This document shows positions 1 through 34,704 of a stretch of 64,000 bases of DNA, piece after piece (position 1 is the first letter of the stretch; each line of letters starts with the position of its first letter). Position numbers and translations under genes: made by a program. The stretch is from Paraspadella gotoi. Taxonomy: Eukaryota; Animalia; Chaetognatha. The notes beneath the pieces were generated by a model that saw only the letters and a program-made list of their open reading frames with translations, was not told the origin of the DNA and searched no databases. The stretch lies in assembly GCA_051294375.1 (NCBI GenBank), contig CM119267.1, positions 7,730,683 through 7,794,682 on the forward strand. Reading direction: 5' to 3'.

Positions 1-1916
1 CGAACTTCGATTGGATTCTGCTTTTTAAGAATTTCAATCTTTCAAGCTTTGCTCGAATCATAGAAAGTTTGGACTTAAATGAAAAACTTTATTCTTATTT
101 CTAGATAGTGGTAGAGGCTGAAATTTAACGATCAGTTTTCGTAGTGAAAATACACTGAAAAGAGTAGTGAGAAATTGAAATGCTAAATTATCTTGTTTTT
201 AAACTATTCCATTTGTATATATAATATATATATAATATATATTATATATATATAAGTTTTTCTTTTGGTGTTCATAGTGACAGTCCCTGTTTCGTTGATC
301 GAGAATCGAGAATCAGTTGATTGCTCTTTTGTTGAGTTTTCAACTTTTGCCAAAAAAGTTAAAATACCTCGGGTAAAACGCTGTTTCGTTTAACTATATA
401 TTATAGTATTATTATATGAAAATTTGAAAAATGACTTGTTTCACTATCTTATATTTATATATTTTATGAAGGTTTTTGCTAATCTATATTATTTAATTAT
501 ATATATATATATGTATTGCATTTTTAAAAATTATAATATATATAATAATTAAAATATATAATATAATATAATAATAATATATATTATAATATATATGTAT
601 GTTGTATAAACCTAGTTGTGCGATCATCCTCTTTCCAATCCTTAAATTGCAGAAATAAAAGTGAAAGTCTAAATTATAAAAGTTTAAAAAACCTAGAATT
701 ACCTTAACATTAGAAATAATTACATCGATACGGATTACGAAGAATCGGGCTGAGTTTATTTTTCCAAAGCTTGAAAAACCTTGAGGCGAGTTCGCGAGGC
801 GGTCACGAGTCACGGCGTTGTGTTTTCGCGGATATTTTTTTCCCCTTCTTCCTCGGGTCAAAAGTCAAACCATTTCGGTTTCTGATGTTTTTCTTTTTGG
901 GTCGCCCCGAAAAAAGCTTGGGGGCAGGCGGTAGTCGCTTGTTGTCCTCGTAGTCGAGTGTTGGAAGCGTTTGCTTGAGTGATTGCTCGATATCGATAAG
1001 GAAAAGAGAACGCTTGATTATTATATTATTATATATTCGTATTTATAAATGAATTATAGCAATAACGATGAATTATACTCAATGGGAGGTTTTTAAATTT
1101 TTTTTAAAGACGTAGATCATACATACCAATTCATTGAAAGGGAAGCCAGGCACTCTGAGAGTTAATCAACTAGGGTAGAGAGTCTTGATTGAAAGCTTGC
1201 ACTGCAGGGTGTTGCTTTGTTATTATGATTATCTTGTAATAGGAATGGTGGACGTAACCGAGCATAATGCAAATTGGCTGTACCAATTTCATATCATTGT
1301 TTCATTTCGTAAAAACTGTCTTAGAATTATAATTTAGTATTTAATTTGTAGTAAATGTTTATTATATTTAAAAAAAAGAAATATAGTAACATAACATACC
1401 GTAACAAAAAAGTGTGCAGTTCCGCATATTTTTTATCACCGAGTCCAATTATTAAAAAAAGTTTAACGTTAAATAAAGATGCAATACGAAAGCTATGTAG
1501 AAAATCTGAAAACAGCGAAGCCTGGCCCAGTTGGGAGTCGTCGATATTTTAAAGGGAAACCCGGGGAATTTGGTGGCTGCGGCGCGCAAAACGCTTTTCT
1601 CTTCCTCTGACCTCTCACTTCTTAAGGTCGAGACGCTACCGAAAAGAAAAAGTTTCGAACATGTACTTTTTTTTCTTTAAAATAATGATAAGTATAATGA
1701 TAAGTTTTGAAACTAAAACCGCTTTATCCTAAAGGTTTTATGTTTATGAAATTGGTACAACCAATATAAAAATGTTCATCATTTTATGGTCTTGAATTAT
1801 GTGGTGTGTTTGTGTCGTGATTTGAAATATCCTTCACATCCTAAACGCCATTTCGAAGTAAAAGATCATGACTGAAGAATACACGAAAACTAATGCTGAT
1901 CAGTGGTCTGAGCCCA

Positions 1917-22605
<20,689 letters not shown>

Positions 22606-23895
22606 TGTATCAATAATAAAAATGAGTGATCACTGATCAAATTATTTGAAAAACAGAAATATAATTTAAAAAATTATCTTCCTGTCCACATGGATAAAAT
22701 TGTCCCATATTTGGGCCATACGATTGTGAATGAGATGACAAAATACTTAAAAAGTAAGAGATTTTAACTAATTTCAAGGGCTGATTTCTGGCAACGTCAA
22801 CTCTGTCATGGTCAACGTGCGAAAACAAACTTTATTTGGACTTCAAGAGAAAGATGGCTGAATTTATTCAAAATATCAATCTTTTTCGTACATATCGTTG
22901 TTCGTATAATATTTGTACTTCTTTGTATCATGCACGTTTTTAATGCACTATTTTTAATGGATGGTTTTTTGTACGCTCTATAATATACAATTAGTTGTGA
23001 AATGCCGATAATTTTTAATTTTTTGATCTTTCTCAATGCCGATTGTAAACCGAGTCTTCTTTGGTTTGACTGAAAATATTGCTTCAAGTTTTTTCCATAT
23101 TTTTTATATTTTGTCATTATTAACAATTTGTCTTTGTACTTCGCAATTTTTACTTGTTAATACATTTGCAGGGTTTTAAATTAAGTTTCGCTATATATTT
23201 TTTCGCGTAATGTCTATGATCGGGATGTGTATTACACAATGTGTAAAGTACTCTTTTTTTTTAAATTTTCAATCTAGTCACTAGCATTAAGATTTTATAA
23301 AATGATCACAATAACCATGTAATCATTCATTTAAAGTTACCGTAATTTGTCATCTTTCAAGTCAATATTTATTCTTATTGTACTATCTTAAAATATCTTG
23401 GGTTTTTCATACATTCATCATATGTATTTAAACTTTTTATTAACTGAGTAATAATGGAATTTTAATAATAATTCTTTAGTACTTAAGCAACTAAGCAAGC
23501 TTTGGAAAGTTCCTGGATTGGATTCGGAGAACGTCCCACACATAATTATTTGAATATTTCAATAAGTTCGTTGTAAACCCTGTAAATATTTTACGAAGCA
23601 ATTAATCAATTATTAACATAATCCTTAGCTTCGGGTCTGATTAACTATCAACACTATGCGTTCCTAATTGGTATTTTTCGGTTACTACTTTTCTGGTATC
23701 CGGTTTTGTTACGTTAAGCCCTTATGATTTTTAAATTCATTTTAATAGTTTTAGATTAAATATAATCAACTCTTTTTACGTCCGTATAACTATCTCAGAT
23801 TTTGCTCTCGAAATATAAGTATCCAATCGCTTTTCTTTTTTTTCATTTATTTAATTTTTTTGAGCAAATGAGAAACGAGATTGAGCAACATTGAT

Positions 23896-25069
23896 TTAGA
23901 ATTCTCGCCTAAAAAGGTGTTCGTAAATGAAGTAACCAAGCAACGCGTGAGCAAACGTTTTCGCATCGGCCTTCGCTCGCTCGTTCGCTTCATTACATCC
24001 GTCGTACCTACGGATATAAAATTTGTGAAATCAGAAGTAATTCGAAATTTAACTTGTACGACGTATTCAGCCAGCTGACTGCCAAGTCTTGGGGTATTTC
24101 ATCGAGTCGGATTAGTAAGAGAGAGGTTATGGCCCTCATGTTTCGAAAAGCTAAATATTAAAGTATTATCCGAGTCCGATTTTTGTGATATTATATTTGT
24201 ATATAAAAAAGCAAAAATTAATGGAAAAGAAAGTCTGCTTAGTAGATGCTTCAAGGTAGCAAAAAGAAAGTTGCTTACCATTTGCAGAAATTCAGATGGC
24301 GTTGCGTTCGTAAGGATCGATGACGCGCCATCGGGCGGGATTCCAATTCGTGACTAATTCTGAAAATGTAGTTAAATTCTCTCTGAATATAATTAATATC
24401 CAAAATACGACACAATCGACAGACGGAAAAAGTCGTCAAACTGAAATGAGTTGAAAGGTATCGATGAGCGGGCTTTTTTAAAAATTTTACTCACCTTAGT
24501 ATTCTCTGACACGTTACGTTGAAGATCTGCAAATATTTTTCGTGCTCAAGCTTGTTGACGTAACTGTGCGCGAGGATGGTGCGGATGCTCTGACGAAGAT
24601 TGCCCTTTTTTTTCTTGGCATTTCTTGCGTCGTCGGCCTGATCCGTCAGGTTTCGGCACATGTCCGACAGGCGGGGAAACTGGTCGTAATTGAAGTCGAA
24701 TGTTTTGTCCTCCTCCTCAGTCGACAGAAAATTTATGCCGCACCCTCTGTAAATAATAAAGAGTAACAATTAATATATCAATTTTGTTATTGCTTATTGC
24801 TTGATCCTTATTGTTCTTTTTGTTGTCCATGTTCTCTTAATATCGATTAAATGTTTGAAACTTTTTCACTTGGTTTCGGTTATTGTGGTGTATTTAACAA
24901 AATCACCTAATCGTCATTTCGTGGTTGACGATCCACTTGAAGCATCCTGTTGTCCCGTTTCCACATCCTGCGTACATGTCTTTGCTGAATCTCGGGCTGC
25001 AACGCTCCGTCGCCCAGTCAGGTGACCGGGTCACGCACGAGTAGCACCGAAAACCGTGTTGTCGCTCCC
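23896..25069 (-). CDS. Ly6/uPAR (three-finger, quiver/sleepless-like) protein; 5' signal-peptide exon not resolved
   Basis: Exons 25069-24907, 24746-24495, 24359-24279, 24007-23896 are phase-consistent. Translation: FRCYSC...ERC...GC...GCFK...RGC...DMC...TC...FCKWYDGCN followed by a moderately hydrophobic tail (10 Cys, terminal CN). A 21-nt microexon may lie at ~25911-25891. Confidence 0.7.
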
Positions 25070-27699
25070 CTGAAGACGTTCGTCAAAACAGAGTGAACAC
25101 CAAAGCTCTCTGGATTAGAGACATCACTAAGTAACGGGAAGAGATACCATAACGAGAGAGAATGTACAATTTTTAATTTTTTGTACAAAAAAAAGACAAC
25201 TGAAAACAAAAGAGAAAAAGAAAAAGAAAAAAATAAGAAAGAAAAAGAAAAGAAAGGGAGCGGAAGAAAGAAAGACTTAGTCGTAGATTTATACTTACAA
25301 AAAAGACTATTTTTTCAAAAAAGGACGAACAAAAAGCGACAAAGGTTGGTGAGGACAGTTGAAGTCAGACGCAAAAAAAAATTTGCTATAAGGGCAAATT
25401 TAAAATTTTCTGAATTTACAGATCACAGAAGTAATAAACTAATCTTTAATCTAATGAAGAAAAACATGCAGCGTTAATAACAATAAATGACGATAATTTT
25501 CTTAGAAATGTGGAGAATTGTGGACCCACCCCGTTCACATCATCTCAATAGGAATCTCGGTGTGGCCCATTGTTCTGATTTTTCAATTTTCGAGCAAACC
25601 TTACGAGTCTTTGTAATGTTTGCTCGGTTTCCCTCCCCGATTTTTTTTGCAGGAAATTTCCTTTGGTCTCGATCACAATTAGAAAAAAATCGATGCGAGA
25701 AAATGGAGAGAATCAATCAGTTCGCTAAAGAATTCTCTTTCAAAATCATTACACAATGTTAGTAAATATCAATTAGGATATCAATTAGTTAATCTATCTT
25801 GTGTCAGTCTGAACTCTGATTCGCTCGCTAACAAAAAAAATAGAGTTGTGATAGTAGTGCTAAGCTCAAATGTAAAAAAAAAATCGCTTACCGTTGTAGG
25901 GAACCTTTTTAGCTTGAAGAGGCAAAAGGAGAAAAAAGAGAAAAAGTAGACAAAGTCGGAGATGAAAGCATTCAATTTGCTTCCAAGTTACGAGCTTTTG
26001 AGTTTTCATTTTTTTTCTGTTTCTTTTCACACGATTAGATTAAATTTTGATGATGAATCGAAAATAAATATTTAAAAACAAAAAGGAAGGAATGATAAAA
26101 TAGATTGATATTTTTATTTTCACAATTGTTAATACCTCATATGCAGCAAAAATGAAAATGTTTGTTACCATTTTTTAGTAAAGTTAATAAGTACTTTATA
26201 AGTACAAAGCGGCGAACATCTTAACTTAAAAGTTTGAAGTTGTTAGTGAAGTAATGTGATAATTGATGACTTTCTTCTCGTCGACAATGCCAAGCACTAC
26301 GCATTCACCCATCCATCCATCGGGTACAAATTTTTTTTGTTTCGACAACCTCAGGACAAAACGCAAGCGACGATATCTCAGGTGGCGATTGCCTTTTTCC
26401 TTTTTTCTCGATCTGCCAAAAAACTTTCGATGCCAAGACACGCATTTATAACGTTGCCGTCGATATTTTGGGCGTTTGATTGGATCTCGGGAGCTGCGAG
26501 GAATCTTCGCGACGTCATACGAGGGATCTTTCACCTTTTGGGATTTTAGGAGAGAAAGAGAAAGCGAGGAGGAAAAAAGAAAGAGAGAGAGATGGGGAGA
26601 GAAAGAGAGAGAGAGACTTTTTCCGGCCTTCGGTAAACAGACAAGAATCAGAAGATTAAATATATATCATGATGGTTACGACTTTTAGAAAAGACTTTCC
26701 GCGATCCGAAGCATCATCAACGGCGCAGGGGCAACTCCTGTTTGGAGAACAAAAAACATAGGAAATTGAATCATTCGCGAAATATTTCCCCTTCTTTTGT
26801 TGTGATCCCACAAGTGGCGAGCAAATAAAATTTCCCTTGTGGTAAAAGAGATAGTATGTATAAAAGGAAAAAAAATATAATGATGTATGTATAGTATACA
26901 TTATTGTATACAGTATTGTATACATTATTTAATTAAATCAATAGTATCGAATCGATCAAATTAATCACTTCAAATTGAAGTATAAAGGGATTAATGAGTC
27001 AGTAGATATTAGTTACTATCAAAACCGATGATCGTCAGGGTTCCGAGTCAAACTGTCGCATCTAAATCCCGAGACACGGGGCAAGACGAGGTCTTGCACC
27101 TAATTAGTATTTTAAATGAAAAATGTATATTAACATACAAAAAAATCACTTAAAACTGTTTCATTTAATTTATCTTAGAGCACGCGATTTTTAAAATCAA
27201 GTTGTCAAATAAGTCAATGTTTGGATAGATTTGAACTTTTGTTAAATTTTACAATTAAAAAATAAAGATATCTACAATTGCATATCAATTGCACATCAAT
27301 TGAAAGCTAACGTTAACAAGCTCAAGATAGCCTTTTTAACATCAGTTTCATATCTGAAAATAAAAAATGCAAATCTACTTTCTGGACCTTTCTAAACTTT
27401 TAATTCTAAATTTATTTTTATGAGTTGAAATTTATATCCAAATTAAAAATAAAGCTGAGAATTATTAAATTACAATCATGAAAAGATATGTTTTCCTAAA
27501 AAACAAATTAGTTAAATTTATATTTTTATAATATTTAAAAAAATATTATATATTTTATATAATGTAAATCCAAAACATTTAAATATTTCTATGTCCAGTT
27601 TTTTATGACATTTTTGGGGCTATCTTTATTAATATCATTGTATTTTGCAATGATGAGAAAAATAATTTAAAAGTTAAAATGGAAAAGCTTTGAATTCTA

Positions 27700-28555
27700 A
27701 AGTCCCTGCTCGCAAGTTCAACTTGAAGTTGGACAACCCGACTTCATTATTCAAATACTCGATCCAATGATTAGAAAATGGTTTTTAAGGTCTTTCAGAT
27801 GGCACTATTATTTTTATAAATATTATGTACATATAGCGAACTTGGGTCCATTTTTGGTATTTCAAATTGATTACTATCTAGGAAAAAAGTTAGAAACATT
27901 TTTAATTGAGGATATCTACTCGAAAACTTGCTCGATTTTAAAAATCAGGATGTTCAGATTCTACACTAAATTTCCTTTCAGTTGCTTCCTTCCATTTTTT
28001 CGTAGATCCAACCGTATAGAAGTTAGAGGCAAAAATAGATTGCTACCTCAAGTGAAAAATGGCGGAAAAAATCGCCTTTAGTTTTCCACAATTCTTGGTA
28101 TTGAGTTATTTGTTTCTATTTCAAATTGAGTTAGTTATTTTTTCATTTTTTAAATTTGGTTATGCCGAATAGACAGCCCCTCTCTTTGGTTCATAAAGTG
28201 CAATTGTAGCTCTGAGAAAAGAGGGACAGACGCAACAATTCATCAGCAATAGACTTGGAATCCCTCGTTCCACCATTGCAAAAATTTTTTACGCGATACA
28301 AACAAATCAAAAACATTTGGTGTGTCAGCTTTACAAGAGCCATGCCCAGACGAATGCAGCCAGTGGTTGATGCCGAGGGAGGGCATACCAAATATTGAGA
28401 ATGTTTACCCATGTTTTGTATATTTTTTATTGAATAAATGAACTTTTAAAAAAATGATTTCTTAACTTTTTTCCTAGATAGTATATTTGTATATTTCTTA
28501 CGCTAAAAAAATAAAAGTGCCGGAAATTGTATCACTTGCTGAGAGGAAGTACGTA
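27700..28555 (+). mobile_element. Internally deleted, frameshifted Tc1-like transposon relic
   Basis: From ATG 28162: MPNRQPLS...AIVALRKEGQTQQFISNRLGIPRSTIAK (paired-type HTH), almost directly followed by the Tc1 C-terminal signature MPRRMQPVVDAEGGHTKY* (ends 28398). The DDE core is missing. Element ends are approximate. Confidence 0.75.
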
Positions 28556-29094
28556 TCAATCAATCAATCAACATTCAATCTGCTGTAAATTCTAATTCAG
28601 TCATCAGAGTCGACCAGGGATTTATAACAAGTATAAAAAAAAACAAAAAAACAAACAAACTAAAAAACAATCAGGAACTACTTTTTAATTTTTTTTCATT
28701 AGTCAGGGCCTTTTTTTTCCATCAGCAATCTATTTCTAATTTTTCATCTGATAACTAATAAGAAACAAAAGGGAGAAAAGAGGAGAGACAATTTGGATTC
28801 ACAGAATGACATAGAAAGACATATTTGGTCTTCCCGTCAACCAAATTCTTAGCTCATCATTAATTTTTTTATAAAAAAGTTTTTAAACGATTTCCCAGGA
28901 CAGCCCGAGTAAAAACGATGGAGCAAATTGGATCGTAATTAAGCGTAATCGAGAGAGAGAGAGAGACTGAATGCGCTTCGAGTGTCAAGGACCCGCATGC
29001 GTTCCGTTTATACTTCGACCATCCATTTCAGTGAAAGATCCAAAGATTTCCGAAATCTGTTTTTTTTTTCTTTTTAAAAAGAAAAACTCAAAAC

Positions 29095-29478
29095 ATGAAC
29101 ACAACAACGACAGTCGTTCACGCGACGTATAATGGTAAGATATTTTCTCAGGTTTGACATTTGCGGATTCTTTTGGAGGTCGGCATGAATCCGAAACGCT
29201 TCGGAGGACGAAATGGGTTTTTTTTTAAATTTACAAAGAAGCAAAATTCCTCCAGTACTTTATCGATCAACAACCAAAAAAAAAAGTCTATTTCCACAGG
29301 CTCGTTCCTTACGACGGTCCCGTCCAACCTCTCAGAAGAATCTCGGAATTGCTCAGCAGGATCCGGAAAGAACGACGGACTCGAAGAAGACATTCCCGTC
29401 GTCCTCTTCTCCGCCATCAGCATCGTCTTCAACATCCTCATCCTAGCGACCAACATCTACAGGAGGCAGAAATCGGTT

Positions 29479-29514
<36 letters not shown>

Positions 29515-32500
29515 AATAAATAAATAAAGAAATAAATAAATAAATAAAATAAATAAATAAATAAATAATAAATAAATAAATAAATCAATAATCAATAATC
29601 AAATAATATAATAAATAAATAAATAAATCAATCAATCAAGGAATCAATCGAAAAAATAAATCTTTCTCCCGCTTTCTAGCAAGACGATAAAAAAAAAATT
29701 ACATGTTGAATCTAGTTTTCCCCATGAAACTAGATTTTTTTTTCCGCCTTAATATTATCTAATATTCATATGCTTTATCCCTAGTTCCAGCAAATGGAAA
29801 TGGTATTGATTCATTTTACCGTTTTGGCTTTAACCGACATGCTCGCAAGCGTCACCATGCTAACTCACTACTCGATCAGAATGACGTACTCCGATAAATA
29901 CCAACTCGTCCAAATGTTGAACGAGAAATTCAACTCGAGTCACAACCTTTTCGAAGGCAAGAATCAAGCTTTGATGCAACAGAAGAAATTGAAAGAAAAT
30001 GTAACTTTGTATGGGGTCAGCGATTTTCACCAAACAAGAACGGTAATTCAAATGCGTTGCGCCGCAGTGACTGCCTTATCACGTATATTTCTCGTGATTT
30101 GATATTTTTTCCTGTCTTGACAAATAACCAACTATATGCATTATGCAAGTTATGAGCATTTTCAACGTAAGTGGACAGACTGACAAACAGACATACCGAC
30201 CGACGGACCGGCGGACCGAAAAGTGACTTATAGAGTACTCGCGGCGCAACTAAAAAGAAAAAAACCAAAAATTGTATGGAGGTCGTGATAAACGCGCCTC
30301 ACCACACTTCCAGAGACGTCTCCTTCTATCGTGCCTCCAAAGCTTTGACTTCAATTATTTGATAATAGAGGAAAAAAAAATGAAATGATGAAGCGGGAAA
30401 TGCATTGAAAAACTAGGACGGTAGAGGGAGGGGGGGAGAGAAGGGAAAAGGCTCGAAATAGAATCGATTGATAATTTTTTTTATATTTCGCATGTAAAGC
30501 GCGTTTCGCCCGTGATCCTTCCTTTCATGGAATGGATTTGAGGAAATCGATTCCGAAGAAGAGAACCACCCACGCATTTTTAATCTTATTAGGAGGGAGC
30601 TACGTTTCGTACTTGGGTCCCGCTTTTATGTTGATAAAAAAGAAGAGCGCGACGTGCGGAAAACTTTTCGTGAGATACTTCACTTTGAGATGGTTCACAG
30701 AGGGTGAGGCGTCTTAACTATCAAAACAGGTCACTGATAGAATCGACGTGTTCTGTAACCTAATAACTCCAATTCTTTCCAGCAAGCAATCGACTTCTAA
30801 TGGTTTACATGAACATTTCAAGAACGAATGCGATTTACAGTTCAAAACCACCAAAAAAACGGTAATATTTTTACGTATTATGATTATGTAGGCATAGGAT
30901 ACGGGGTGGAGCAGGGAATGTGATCGACTGGCAATCCTTGAAGATCCGCTTAAACAGGGTCTGTCCCGATAAGTCGAGGGTGATCCAGGGATCCATACCA
31001 GGATGGGCGGTGGAGATATCGCTTTCTCATCCCCTGATTCCTAAATTTTCTTTATTTTTCAAAGATCTGAAATTGGAAACATCGTAAGGGTCTTCGTGAT
31101 AACCTTCGTCATTCCTGGAGTTTTCATGGCTTCGTGGGTGCTGCTGATTGTGTTTCGAGGTAAAGATACGATAAAGTCTTTGACGTTTTAATCGTGTCGC
31201 GGGAACAAGAGTAATTTTACTTTTATATTACTTTGCGTCTGTCCTACTGTTGTATATATTCTTTGTGTAAGTGTAATTACGCGATCATGTGATCACGCAG
31301 CAAAGAATTAAATGCGGCGCAACACCTTTTTGAATTTGCCGCGAATACTCGCAGAGCAACTCTATGAAAAAAGGAAAGGGTCTGTATCACATCTTATACG
31401 GTTGTCAATGTTTCTAACTTTCGTTTACGATGCGTAGAACTCAGTTAATATTTTTATTGTTCAAATAATAATTTATGCTCTGATGATTTACAAAAAGACC
31501 TATTTTTTGGATAATATTCCTTTTTTTTTACTTCAGTTAATCACATAAAAAATTAATTATTCAATGGAGAGTGAAATTTAAGATTATAATTTGCAAACAT
31601 TTTTATAAAATAAAAATAATATGCAAATATGATTAGAACTGAGGGTTACAAAAAAAAACAGAAGATCAATTTATATATATATATATTTCTACGTTATTTA
31701 AATTTGAAATAGCGAGTTTGTTTTCGCCATTCTAAATGGTTTTTTAAGACGCCAAAACCCCGGTCGGCGAAAGTAAAATTTTACCGATTCTTTTACAGCT
31801 GCACCGGCTAACTACGTTATGTACGTGATTTATGGCATAACGTATGTCCTTCCATTCTTCATTTTACTTGTGACGTCGATATTGCTAATCAAAAAAATAA
31901 AAAACACAGGAGCTGCTTTGAAAAAAGTCTCCAATTCAAAGGTGAGCAAGAAAAGAAAGACCCTAGCATATATAATCGTGGTAATTTTGATGCCAGAGAT
32001 AAATTTTTTGAACAACATTCCCTCTCGCATTCAAATTAACATCCCTCCGTATTTTTATATTCTATACCAGAAAATGAGCGGAGACGAGAGGCGCAAAAAC
32101 AAGGCCGAGAGGAACAAGGATCAGTTGATGATCATGGTCGTCGTTGTGACGATCGCTTACTTGGTCACGCATCTTCCAGGCAAGAGGATATCTACATAAA
32201 AATGATTTAGTTGAATTCAAGTTGTCATTAAAGCCAGAAAGCTTAGCTTCACTTGAAATTGGCTTAAACCTAAAGGGAAAAGGTTTCCCTCTTAGGATTG
32301 ATTCACATGCTCGGAAAAACCAAAATGTGGAAAACGAATGATTTAACGAATAGCATCTTATCGCGAATCGGAGCGGTAATGATGGCAGTAAATTCGCTGA
32401 CTAACTTTCCAATTTTTCTTCTATTAAGGTAAGTCATTGCGAGTTATAAAACCGTTTAATTGGGTAATCATGATTACGCAGGTAAGTTTGGAAGGATGTT

Positions 32501-33149
32501 GAGATTTCCTTGTCGTTGATCGAGGTTTACGGTTTTTTTGGGGGGGCATATACATAAACAACAGTTTTGGACAAAATAATGAAAGAGTCGACTCCTGGGT
32601 CTACTTATGGCGTTTCAGATTTATAGTTATATTTATCAAATTGGGACTGCTAAGCACACAAGGGGCGCGGGGGAACACAACGTCGTTCTCTGGTCACTGG
32701 TAAAGGCCTTCGAACACAGCGAGGTCAAAAACCTAAGCGAGGGGGCATTTAAGTGTAGAAAGAGATGGAACCGAACCCGGGACTCGCCATTGACTTGCCA
32801 TTACCGATTACGTAAAAGTGGAAAGCGGTTACAGGATAACCCCCCCCCCCTGTAGTGTTTTTTTCGTCACCTGGAGGCAACCACGTATTATGAAGTATTT
32901 AACACAATAGTTTAAATTAAACTTTAATTATATAATCTATTTCAAAACTTATCACGTAAGGTATAACAGAAAAAGGTTGCTTATTTTAGTGATCAATTCC
33001 TATTGGGGTTCCGCCAAATGTTTGGATACAACCCCCGGGCGACAACGGTTCTCGCTTCTAACAGCAACCGGATGACGGCGCTGACCGAAGGCGGAAAAGC
33101 GCGAAGGTCAAAAAATCCACCTCCAGCGAGGGAAACTCGTCACAAGTGA
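29095..33149 (+). CDS. Rhodopsin-like (class A) GPCR, resembling invertebrate peptide receptors (FMRFamide/sex-peptide receptor-like)
   Basis: Exons 29095-29134, 29300-29475, 29785-~30015 (3' end uncertain), ~30593-30703, 30783-30861, 31065-31159, 31799-31941, 32071-32179, 32296-32428, 32990-33149. Seven hydrophobic segments: TM1 FNILIL, TM2 LALTDML, TM3 ...ISRTNAI, TM5 YVLPFFIL, TM6 YLVTHLP, TM7 NSLTNFPIF, then helix 8 SDQF..FRQMF. N-glycosylation sequons in the N-terminus. Confidence 0.8.
29478..29640. repeat. Compound (AAAG)n(AAAT)n(AATC)n microsatellite
   Basis: Directly visible, immediately after a GPCR splice donor. Confidence 0.9.
30034..30255 (-). mobile_element. Helentron/DINE-1-like non-autonomous element (HINE)
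   Basis: ACAAGAACGGTAATT...GTTGCGCCGC and GCGGCGCAAC subterminal inverted repeats, (GACN)n microsatellite, GTGACTTATAGAGT...CTAAAA end. Homologous copy at 40546-40882. Confidence 0.6.
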
Positions 33150-34704
33150 AGAGGCGTCGCTTCGTCGTTCGTAAAAGAGGAATTCTCTTCTATGTCTCCA
33201 GTTGTCTCTAGTCTTCATTGTGTATAAACATTGAACAATTGCTCAAGTCGAAGACTCTACAGCGAACATCCGTTCAGTGTAATAAGTTGAGGATTGCGGA
33301 TTTCGTAAAATTTACGTACATAAAAATTTACGTTAATGTAGGTAGCACACTAAAGATTTTCAATTATCAGCTCCAGATAGGCACTCTTCGCATCAAAACA
33401 AAAAGAAACTCAAATATTGATTTATTAAAAAAGCAAACGATTAGTTCATAATATAAACAGGACACAAAACGATATTGGAATGATCTCCATAATCTATGGC
33501 AAAAGCTTTACTTGTCAAGAATATTTTAAATCAACGAACTTGATACATGCTAATCGCATTAAAATAATAAACATTTCACTGAATTTAAATGACCAATTCA
33601 TCGCGCTTATATTCGGAACTACAGCTTAGTGGTTTATAACAAGTTGAATTTAGAAAAAAAAACATTACTGATACTAAATCTAAAACTATATTAGATGGGG
33701 GAATTGAGAAGGACTTGAAAAGAGCATACTGATATGCAAAAAATATTTGGGGAAAAAAATGACATGGATAAAACATCAGTCTGTTTTTGACAGGAAGTAA
33801 TGTTTTTAAAAATGAAATAAATAGGGCAGCGATTTTATATAAAAAAAAATATCTCCCGAACTCGAAAATGAGAGAGCAGGATATTTACGTAAAGAAACGG
33901 AGAGATCAAAATGGCGCAGGCTTTCTCCGACGAGTAAGCCTTCGCCGAAAATAAAAATGGGAAATAGGGAACCTGTAGCCAGTCCGAGTATTGAAATGTC
34001 GAAAGCTCGAATTGTGATATCATCCGGTAAGTTATTTGGAGCCTACGTTGAGTGCGTCGAGTTCGTTCAACTTCGCGGCCTGTGGTGAGAGCCGATGGTC
34101 TCTCCGTAACTTCAAGCGAAACGAACCTTCTAAATCGGATTCTGTCAGCCAATAAAGTTCTAATAACAGCCCCCTGAGCCTCTCTCGGGTCACTCTACCC
34201 ATCAGAAAAGGATTTCTTCTGCATTTGAATTTTTAGTAAGCATTTCGCCTTTATTTGATTTCTAAAAGATGGGACCTCTTATAAAAGTCATTAGTTATTC
34301 TGGTTGCCCTTAACTATTATTTCCTTTTTTATTTTCCCTTTCAGGTAATTTCTTTGGAATTTTATACGGAAATATTAGAAAATTATTATATTAGCTAGTA
34401 AATTAGTGTCTGAAAAATCTAATCATATTTTCTTGCTTTGTTCACGATAAATAATAATTGAAAGTATATATAGAATAAATATAAGGATGATTCTTTAGAA
34501 AAAATAATTAATAATAAAGGAACCAACTAAGAAAATGATAACAAATTAAAAATTAACTGTTAAGTATTCTCACGCGAAGTGTTTGCCGTTTGGTTCCTAG
34601 GCGATGCTAAACAGTATGACTGAAAGTCCACTTCGCTACATGAGATACATAACTAAATAAGTAAATTTTTAAGGAAACAGAGTCAGAGAGAGAGAAAAGC
34701 AGAA

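Noticed and set aside
22637-23126. Adjacent minus-strand ORFs downstream of NOS
   Set aside because: AT-rich, non-ATG starts, no motif and no consistent exon chain found.
26226-26688. GC-richer island with ORFs on both strands
   Set aside because: No protein-like signal; probably UTR or promoter sequence between the divergent Ly6-like and GPCR genes.
27081-27108. Hairpin GCAAGAC-GAG-GTCTTGC followed by AATTAGT, resembling a Helitron 3' end
   Set aside because: The CTRR terminus is degenerate, and no 5' end or second copy was found.
32765-32790. B-box-like GGTTCGGTTCC on the minus strand
   Set aside because: No tRNA cloverleaf or clear A box; at most a SINE fragment.
33900-34330. CAAAATGGCG start/YY1-like motif with nearby GTAAG donors
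   Set aside because: The ORF stops after 8 codons, splicing does not rescue it, and I recognised no snoRNA or other ncRNA motif.
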